A stretch of DNA of 63,595 nucleotides, counting the filler, from Octopus bimaculoides (taxonomy: Eukaryota): NCBI RefSeq assembly GCF_001194135.2. It is 7 parts of 7 records of this genome, joined end to end, with 100 filler letters (N's around TTAATTAATTAA, not from the genome) between each part and the next. Parts side by side here need not be neighbours in the genome. Positions count along the whole stretch, not along the records: positions 52,732 to 56,578 come from NC_068994.1; positions 56,679 to 59,401 come from NC_068982.1; positions 59,502 to 62,186 come from NC_068987.1; positions 62,287 to 63,595 come from NW_026404701.1; 3 more parts are not named here. The stretch is one strand, 5' to 3'. The notes below the pieces were generated by a model that saw nothing but the letters and a program-made list of their open reading frames with translations, was not told where the DNA came from and did not search any database. Position 1 is the stretch's first letter. Every line of letters begins with the position of its first letter. This document shows positions 54,402 through 63,595 of this stretch, in pieces. The position numbers were made by a program, and so were the translations under genes.

Positions 54402-54718
54402 CTGCAAATATATCAATCCAGCACCAAAGTTTACATGTCAAGTAATTTAATGAATTTAATGATTTCCTAGCTAGTTTAATTTAAGTACCAATATTTAAGA
54501 CGAAATTACAATATGTATGATCCAGTTATTATTGGTTCTATTTTGTCAAGTCATAAAGTTGGAAGTAAAGTTACAAACATGAAAAATAAAGGAGGAGAAA
54601 CTCAATGAAGTATTGTACTCTTCTTTCATCTACACATCTATTTTTGTTGAATTTTAAGTCTATCAAATTGAACATATTGTTACTCCGTATCAAATGAAAA
54701 ATAGGAATATTTACTTAC

Positions 54719-54910
54719 TTTCATTGCAGTGTGCAACCTGGAGAGCGCAAATTCTTAATGTCATATTGAAAAATGTTGACGGTGGACAAGCTCTTAGATA
54801 AGCCCGCGTTACATTGCCACTAACGTCACACTGTATATACTGATCACATCTGTTTGGATGCGGGAAAAGTGACGCTTGTTGACTCTCTTTTACACACGCC
54901 TTACAATATG
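54719..54910 (-). CDS. Chitin-binding type-2 (CBM14/peritrophin-A) domain exon 1, Pif/BMSP-like
   Basis: Acceptor ttttttttcttttatgcag, donor GTAAGT, 192 nt, phase 1-1. xYCKACVKESQQASLFPHPNRCDQYIQCDVSGNVTRAYLRACPPSTFFNMTLRICALQVAHCNE shows the PHP-x2-C-x5-C...CP-x3-FF...C pattern. Confidence 0.9.
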
Positions 54911-55471
54911 CTGCATAAAAGAAAAAAAAAGGATAACTTCGATATTTGAAAGCTATATGCTCTCTAAGAATATGCTGTATTAATTATGAACTTGCCTGTC
55001 AGCAAGTATTATTTTGAATATGGGACATAGTATGAGACGAATAAAATTTAAAGCATCTTGCAATACGTTACTGGTTTAGTTGTCATTCATTCTTCTGGCT
55101 TTAAATGTTATACAGAATAAAAATAAAAGTTACGGATATATCTTAAAAGAAATTGCTGTTACATGTTACAGGAGGTATACATTACAAAATTGGGATTCAT
55201 AACACTTGAAATTTATGTATAAGTTGCGAAAAGGTTTTTAATATCTGAATGAAAAATTGAGACATATTAGATTTGGAATTTATAAATTCCAAGGTGGAAA
55301 TTTAACAAGTTGACGAAAGGCAACAAAAAATATTTCAAAAATTAAAAAAATAGGTGCAGGATTATTTGTCTAGTGATTCGGTTCAAAAACAGGTGGTTCA
55401 AGATCCGATTCTATGGGAAAGTGTAGCTTTGCTAATGTCCTGTGAGAATAAACAGAGACTGCGCGCGTGTG

Positions 55472-55515
<44 letters not shown>

Positions 55516-56034
55516 CGTATGTATGTATGTATGTATGTATGTATGTATGTGTGTGTGTGTGTGTGTTATGAGTGCATAAGTTGTCATGAGATCTAATGAG
55601 TACGAGCTTATCTCGATTGTCAAGACGTTGCGGCTGAGAATAAAAAAAACCCTCTAAACATGTATGCAGTCTATCACTAGATCAACAATTAGGAGATACT
55701 GGTACTCATTCTCAGCTGAGTTTACTGGAGCAATATGAAATATCTTATTCGAACCCACGACCTAAAGAACGTGGGCCCAATACTCTAATCACTTGACATC
55801 CTTTTACACACGCCTTTTATTTAGATATATGCATTAAACAATACAACCGAACCAATCTAACTGAAATCAAAAAGTGCTCTATAGGTAGTTAATAAGTTAA
55901 GAGTTCAGATTTGCGACATTAGTCCACACGATGAATATAGATTAGAATTTAGCAGTTCAGGAACGCTACATCAAAGCATGTGAAAACACCTATCAACAGC
56001 TGAGACATGTCTACTGTTTACACATCAAACTTAC

Positions 56035-56061
56035 GATCTGATTTATCAGCCATCTTCAAAA
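56035..56061 (-). CDS. 27-nt symmetric microexon upstream of the CBM14 exons
   Basis: ctactgtcccag|TTTTGAAGATGGCTGATAAATCAGATC|gtaagt, phase 1-1. Gives xLKMADKSD-P-YCKAC when joined to 54910. Confidence 0.6.
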
Positions 56062-56678
56062 CTGGGACAGTAGTAATTGCGCAGTGTTACCTCATAAGCG
56101 CAACGCAATCATTTCCATAAATCGATATCTTTGAACATGTGAGTGTGTATCTATATCCGTGTTTATGCTTATATCGCTTAAAACGTTAGTGCTAAATTTA
56201 TATACTGATTCAGTAAATAGAAATCAATAAAATATAAATTACACTGAAATAAATGCCAGAGTTGATTTGTCCAACCAGATCCTAAAAGGCAGTTATATAT
56301 TATAGCTATGGTTTAATATAGGTATAAACAGCCTTTTAGAGAAGCGTGCCACATGAGACGGCTCATCATCAAACGGGCTGCCCTACCAAAAACATCCAAG
56401 GTAATTTTTTGTTGGTGTGCCATTTAGAAGGTCTTGCGGGCCGTATGTAGCTCGCTGCCACTGTTAGCCTGTGACTAGTTTCATACAAGTGAAAACAGAA
56501 ATTTATCCTTCACCTGTTGTTCAATACAGTATTTTATTTATTCAACTAAAATATTTTCAGGTATATTTTTGCTCGAAANNNNNNNNNNNNNNNNNNNNNN
56601 NNNNNNNNNNNNNNNNNNNNNNTTAATTAATTAANNNNNNNNNNNNNNNNNNNNNNNNNNNNNNNNNNNNNNNNNNNN

Positions 56679-59401
56679 GGCTGTGGTGGTGGCGTTGGAG
56701 TTAGTAATTGCCGACAGCGGGTGAGAGGCGACAGCAGCCAGGTAGACGGCGCGGCTGCTGCTGCTACACTCGGCTACCGCTGCCACGCCCCCCTCCGACC
56801 GACCATTCACTGTCTCCACCGCCGCCGCCGCCGCCGCTGTCGTCGTCTTAGTCGCCTTCCTCACTTTCAGCCTAGCCTTCGCCGCCGTCGACTTGGACGC
56901 CTTTACCCTCACCTTCTGCGACGCCACCTCCTCTGCTACGGTCAATGCCGCTCCGTGGATAGTCGTGATGTTACTGCCGATGGTATTGGCGCTGGTATTA
57001 GTGGTAGAGCTATCACTGCTACTGCTACTGGTACTGGTATGACCGAAGACTCCGTAGATGATCGTATTGTTTCTGGTATTAGTATCGGTGGTGAGGCTGG
57101 TGACGGTAACGCTGGCGTTATCGTCAGAGATGGTCGGAGAGGTGCTGGTGGTGGCGTTAATTGTGATGCTGTTGTTTTTGTTATTGGCGGTGGTGTCAGT
57201 GTTAATGTTATAGTTGTTGTTCTTGGTGGTGGTGGTGGTGGTGGTGGTGGTGTTATCAGTTTTAAAGGTAGTTTCCTCGTCGTTGTCGCCACTCTCTGTT
57301 ACTGTTGCTGGTGACGACGACGACGATGATGATGTTGGAATTCTGTCATCACCAGAGTTAAACGCTGACGGCAGCAGTGGTGGTGGTGGTGATGGCGGCG
57401 TTGTCAGCGGTGGCGTTGAGTGACGTGACGGACTTGTTAGCTGAGACGTTGACCGATTTCCCGTTGTCGTCGTCGTTGCTGTGGATGTTTTTGTTGTTGT
57501 TGTTGGTGGTGTTACTGCTGCTGCCGGTGCTGCCGGTGCTGCCGATGTTGTTGTTGCTATTGATTCTTCTGCTACAGTTGTTGTTATTGTTGTTACTGCA
57601 CTTAACGCTGAACACGATAGAAGTGTCGTGTGATCATTGTTGTTGTTGTCGTTATAAGTATAAAAAGTCGTAGGAGTGGTAACAGTAGTAGTAGTAGTAG
57701 TAGTTGTTGTTGTATCTGTAATGTCACGGGTCCGTTGACGATGGTGGCGATGGTATGGGTGGAGAGGATCCTGTTGTTGTTGTTGGGTTGGCAGGGTTTG
57801 TTGTATTCCACGATAATAACAACTTCGACGGCTTCTGCCGGCAGAGGACGCTTCACTGGTGATGGTGGTGCCGAGGGCAAAGGAGCCTCGTCTCGTGTAA
57901 GGGTGAACCCTTTGTGGACCGACGAAGGCCGGAGACACAACCGGACCAGCCGACCTATTCTTCGTAATGGCGTCCACCGGCCGGCGACAGTCGCCGACGT
58001 AGTTTCGGTTGCAGTACTTCCTGTTGTTGTTGTTGTTGTTAGTGGTGGTGGATGTGGCGGTAATAGCAGTACAAGTAGTAGCCTTGTTGTAGTGATAATA
58101 CAAGTTGCTGTTGTTGTTATTGTGGCATAAATAGAAGTTGTTGCTGCTGTTTCTGTTGTTGTTACAGTTGTTGATGTTGTTGCGGTAGTTGTTATTCCTG
58201 TGGTTGACACAGTTGACAGAATTAGTGGTGATGCTGCTGTTGTTATTATTATTATTATTGGTGGTGTTGTTGTTGTTGTTGGTGGTGGCGGTGGTGGTGG
58301 TAGCGACGGCGATGCTAACCTTGTTAATGTTATTGTTGTCGCGACAGTAGTAGTAATTGTTGTTGCTGTTGTGGTTCTTATTACAAGTCGTATTGGTGGT
58401 GGTGATGGTGGTGGCGGTTGTGGTGGTGATGGTGGTGGCAGCCGGGACTATTGTTTTGCTGACAATAGCTGCGGCGGNNNNNNNNNNNNNNNNNNNNNNN
58501 NNNNNNNNNNNNNNNNNNNNNNNNNNNNNNNNNNNNNNNNNNNNNNNNNNNNNNNNNNNNNNNNNNNNNNNGTTGACGGTGACGGCGGTCGCCTAGCGTG
58601 GTTTGTGCATTTGTCGGGTGAACAACTGCGGGTAACCTCCAATCCGGATGACAGTAAACTGCTGCCGTTGTTGTTGTTGTTGTTATTCTTCGTAGTGGTG
58701 GCGATGGAGGCGGAAGTAGTGGTGGTGGTGGAGGTGTGGTGCTGATGATGGTGAACGTGGTGGTGATGAAGATCGTGTTGCTGCCGATGGTGGTGGTTGT
58801 GGTGATACTGGGGAGTTTGCTGGAGTAAACGATTGCTGTTGCTGTTGTTGTTGTGATGATGATGGTAGTGGTACGGGGTGTCGGAGGTGGGGGTGGTGAT
58901 GACAGTATTATTGGTGTTGATGTGGGTTGTTGCAGTGGTGGTGGTGGCAGCGTCAGCGCTGTTATTGTTTTTGTTGTTGATGTGTGGTTGATGTTGTTGA
59001 AACTGAAGCTGTTGAGGGTAATGATGGTGATGGTGATGGTTAGCGCGGTGGTTAATATTACCGATGTTGTTGTTGTTGTTGTTGTTACTGAAAGTAGTTG
59101 TGGTGCCGGTGGTGGTGTGGTTTGTCGTGGCGGTGAGCGTGGACGAGGTTTCGAAACTAGCTGTGATCTTTAACCCTCTGCCAACGAGCTGCAGCGATTC
59201 TTGTTGTTGTTGTTGCTGCTGCTGCTGCTGAAGATAGTGATGGTGTAATTGCTGCTGTTGTTGTTGTTGTTGTTGTTGTTTTTGATAAGGGTTGATCGGG
59301 TAGCGAAGATACGGGTGCGGGTAATTACGGTGATGCAGGTATTGTTGGTGGGGATTCACACTTTTATATGTTGTTGCTTTTACTTGTTGTTGTTGTTCCT
59401 G
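56679..59401 (-). CDS. Large low-complexity (polyQ/H/N/T/S/A) coding exon of an unidentified protein
   Basis: Stop-free from the piece edge at 59401 (QEQQQQVKATTYKSVNPHQQ...) to the N gap at 58571, and again from 58477 to 56679. The apparent frame offset lies inside the 94-N gap. Contains non-repetitive islands (RVHPYTRRGSFALG; SQKVRVKASKSTAAKARLKVRK). No domain recognised. Confidence 0.7.
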
Positions 59402-59690
59402 NNNNNNNNNNNNNNNNNNNNNNNNNNNNNNNNNNNNNNNNNNNNTTAATTAATTAANNNNNNNNNNNNNNNNNNNNNNNNNNNNNNNNNNNNNNNNNNN
59501 NATATATATATATATATACATAGATATATCTAAGTATATGTACATACATACATATTTACATCCATATATATGTGTGTGTTTGTGCGTGTGTACCAATTGG
59601 TTAGTATTACAGCGATCGTGGTCATTAGCTCAGTATTTTCCAGGATGTAATAAGTTAATAGAATGGATTCACCTGCTCTTGTCTCTCATG

Positions 59691-59760
<70 letters not shown>

Positions 59761-60899
59761 GTCTATCTATCTATATGCATGGTTGTATGTATATAGGTAG
59801 GTAGGTCGCAGTGTAGGTAAGTAGGTAGGTCAGCAAGTATGATATGCAGATATTTTTCAGAAACTAAATTCATTACCAGTCCAAAATATTGCGTCTGTTG
59901 TATTTGTACATTACGTCAAAATGCACTCAGCAAGCGAAAACATGATCACACATTTGCAGTCTTCAAAAGGTTGATGCCAATTTCTTTACATTAAAAAAAT
60001 ATTTGCATCCAGCGAAGTTACACGTTCTATAGGTATATTATACTATGTTAAAATAATTTTACCGCATGTTTCTGGTGGTTGAAAAATATTAAAAATTGCG
60101 AAAGAGCTAAAATATAGAAATACCTTTCAATATGTCATTTGAAACGGAAGCTAAATTGCAAAAATACAGTACGCGACTGAAAAAGACACAACCATCAATG
60201 GAAAATATCTTAGAGTTTCTAAAGTTGATCACGTTAATGTGTTCTTCATATTAAATCTATTTATAAGTGAAAAGGGTAAAATATGTAAGCACGTAGTTAC
60301 TTCTAGTAAATACATTTCTACACACACGCACACACACACACACGCACACACACACACGCACACACACACACACGCACACACACACACGCACACACACACA
60401 CACGCACACATATGTGAGTGTGTATGTTTATATGTGTGTGCATGTGTGTGGGTGAGTCGGTGGTTGTGGATGTGTGTTTATATAAATATATTGATGTCAA
60501 ACCTTTTATTTAAGATTTAGTTTGCTATGGAAATACAGTTTCAGTTAAATAGAACTGAAGCCGTCGCAATGAAGCACTCGAAATGTCAATAACTTGTTTT
60601 CTGATGTCACTTCAGATTTTTGTAGCTTTTTTCAAACGTTGTGGCCCAAATTCAAATATTCACAGATTTATACAAATCTAAGTGTATAGTTTCGATGGGG
60701 GCTTAAAGTGGGTTGAACGTTTAGACTCTATTCATATGATATCTGATTGTACTTCATAGCACATCACAAACTCTCTCTCTCTCTCCCCCACTCTCTCTTT
60801 CTCTCATTCCCTCACTGTAGCTATCTATCTAACTTCTCCATATAAATGCGTGGCTTGAATGCTGATGGTGGGAGACTCGTTTTATTGGCTTTACTGAAA

Positions 60900-61110
60900 C
60901 ATATATAGTTTTTGTGCTTATATGATGTCTAAAACGTTCACCACAGGAAGATTGTCAGCCAATGTTATTTTCAGACCAAGTTCCTGATGAATGCCAGGTG
61001 ATATTTTCAGCAATTTTCCGTCATACGAATGTCTATGATTTACAAACAAGAAAATTGCAGCAAAGCAGCGTGATAGTGGTATGAGACGTGGCATGCGGAC
61101 CATCATACAA
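60900..61110 (-). mobile_element. Penelope-like RT fragment
   Basis: ELGLKITLADNLPVVNVLDI resembles the Penelope RT LGLKIT...NFLDV segment. Confidence 0.55.
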
Positions 61111-61451
61111 CTTGTCTGACATTGCGTTTTATTTTGTTTGTGTCTTCCATTTTAGTTTGACATGCACACTGTATTTTTATTCTTCTCTTCTGTCTTATGA
61201 AGCCAGTGTGCACATGCAATTTGCATGTTCATTCTTTTTACGGTTACTATTCAAAACGATTTACAGGTCACAACCATCTCACTAACTGCGTTGTGAAGAA
61301 GAGTATGCGGCTAATATTACCTACGTGTGCCTGCTAATTTTCGGGTGCCTGTTAACCCACTTGGGTAGTTCGTTTAGAACAAATGCACGTAAGATACTCT
61401 CATACGAACCAATCAGTATTTATGTGACATTTTCATGTTGGTGATCCTTAC

Positions 61452-61509
61452 ATAGGATAGGAGGAATTTCGCGATATGTTTCTGCTGTTGGAATAGGTTT
61501 TAGTGGAAA
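61452..61509 (-). CDS. Orphan exon candidate
   Basis: Acceptor ggcatttgcag, donor GTAAGG, 58 nt. FPLKPIPTAETYREIPPIL in phase 0-1; one alternative frame is also open. Confidence 0.3.
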
Positions 61510-62112
61510 CTGCAAATGCCTTGAGTACAAGTGGTTTTGTAACGTAAAGGTAAAAGCAATGTTATCTGGAATCTTAAAGCATGGGTTTACTGATAGAAAG
61601 GTTTTATTTCGTTTTTGCATTTTTTGCAAGATAGTAACCAGCATTTCTTTACTGACTTGTGCTCAACGCTACATCACTGTATTTATTAATACGTACTTAT
61701 GATTCTTTGCAAAACTCAAGTTTAACATTTTTAAATATTAATCGTGGGGTTAACAGTATTTCCCTATAATCCATCCCCATTACGGTATCTTCCACTTAGC
61801 ATTCTAGATTTATGAAATTGTGCGTATTGATAATACTAAGTTTCATAATAGCTTAGATATGTTCCGTTCAATGATAGCCCAGACCATTAGCACCAACTGA
61901 TAGAATCTGATAAGTCATTTTCAAGTCAAGTTTTGCGGTTTTATAGCCTGAGCTTTTGCGTATTGTTGATGCCGACGGAAATCTGTGTTCTATGCGTTAT
62001 TGTATATGCCATTGCTTATGTTTTATAGATAAAATTATTTTGTTGATATAGACGTGTATAATTTTAGCGTAGCTAAACATGTAATTCTGTCTGTCTGTCT
62101 ATCTATCTATCA

Positions 62113-62160
<48 letters not shown>

Positions 62161-62286
62161 CTCTCTCTCTCTATCTATCTATCTATNNNNNNNNNNNNNN
62201 NNNNNNNNNNNNNNNNNNNNNNNNNNNNNNTTAATTAATTAANNNNNNNNNNNNNNNNNNNNNNNNNNNNNNNNNNNNNNNNNNNN

Positions 62287-63004
62287 TAAATAATTAACAA
62301 TAATTAATAATAATAAACATAAATAATAATAATAATTAATAATATTAATGATAATAATAATTAATAATAATAAATAATATTATTAATAATAAATGAAAAT
62401 TAATAAAAATAAATAATAATAATAAATTAAAATAAATATAAAAAATAGTAATAATTAATAATAATAAATAATAAAATTAATAATAAATAATAATAATAAA
62501 GAATAAAAATTAACAATAATAATAATAATAATAATCACTAATGATAAATGAAAATATTAATTAATAAAAATACATAATGATATTAATAATAAATAAAAAT
62601 CAAAAAAAAAATAATAGTAATAATAAATAATAAATGATAATAATAATAAATAATAATCAATAATAACAATAGTAATAATTAATAATAATAAATATTAAAA
62701 ATAATAATAAATAATAAAAATTAACAATAATAATAATAATAATAATAATTATTATTACTAATAATAAATAAAAATAATAGATAATAAAACTAAATAATGA
62801 TATTAATAATAAATAAAATAAATAAAAATAAATAATGAATAATAAAAATAATAAGAAATAACAAAATATAATGAAAATACTAAAATTTAATAATAATTAA
62901 TAATAAATATAATGAAAAAATAATACGAAATAATAATAATAATAAATAATAAAAATAAATAATAATAATAATAATAATAATAACAATAAAATTAATATTA
63001 ATAA

Positions 63005-63042
<38 letters not shown>

Positions 63043-63548
63043 TAATAATAATAATAATGATAATGAAATAATAATAATAATACTAAATAATTAACAAAAA
63101 TTAATAATAATACATAATAATAATAATAATTACTAATAATAATAATGATAATAATTACTAATAATAATGATAATAATAATAAATAATAAAAGTAATGATA
63201 AATAAAAATAAGAAATAAAAATTAACAATAATAATAATAATAAATGAAAATAATAATTAATAAAAATAAATAATGAAATTAATAATAAATAAAAATCAAT
63301 AAAAATAAATAATAAAAATAATAAATAGTTAATAATAATAATAATAAATAGTAAATAATAATAATGATAAATAATAAAAATAATAATATTAATAATAATA
63401 AATAATAAAAATAATAATAAATTATAATAATAATAATAAATAATTATAATAATAAATAAAAATAATAAATAATAGAAATAATGATAAATGAAAATAATAA
63501 AAATAAATAAATATTAAATAAAAAAAATAGTAATAAATAATAAAAATA
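62287..63548. repeat. Degenerate (AAT)n-derived low-complexity tract, almost pure A/T
   Basis: Read directly; ends at a SINE A head (63549-63595). Confidence 0.9.
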
Positions 63549-63595
63549 GTGGCTGTGTGGTAAGTAGCTTGCTTACCAACCACATGGTTCTGGGT

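Noticed and set aside
54719-54840. MTLRICALQVAHCNE as a signal-peptide first exon with an upstream TATATA
   Set aside because: The frame stays open upstream to a strong acceptor at 54911; the segment is the C-terminal part of a 192-nt CBM14 exon.

Overview
Repeat-rich, AT-rich animal genomic DNA. The SINE families and extreme microsatellite load point to an octopus genome (inference). The window is not one contiguous locus: six identical 100-nt spacers (44 N + TTAATTAATTAA + 44 N) split it into seven pieces. After the first, window-truncated piece they run in decreasing size (25.8, 9.4, 3.8, 2.7, 2.7 kb, then at least 1.3 kb). Real genes appear only as spliced exons, all on the minus strand, and the ORF track misses most of them. 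They are: (1) five exons of a GH35 beta-galactosidase (GLB1L2/3-like) at 15342->188; (2) two tandem chitin-binding type-2 (CBM14) exons plus a 27-nt microexon of a Pif/BMSP-like protein at 56061->54225; (3) one FN3 half-domain exon at 48694->48536; (4) a roughly 2.7-kb Q/H/N/T-rich open exon filling the piece at 56679-59401; (5) a few orphan exon candidates. The rest is decayed mobile DNA (tRNA-derived SINEs, RTE and R4/Dong-like LINEs, Penelope, Gypsy, Tc1, mariner, hAT, MITEs) and micro/minisatellites. The most unusual signals are an RTE tail with three C2H2 fingers, a three-copy repeat whose consensus rebuilds a hammerhead ribozyme core, an R4-like LINE whose RT is replaced in frame by an (AAG)n tract, and phase-compatible CBM14 and FN3 exons across a linker. 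No CRISPR array, rRNA or true tRNA gene is supported.
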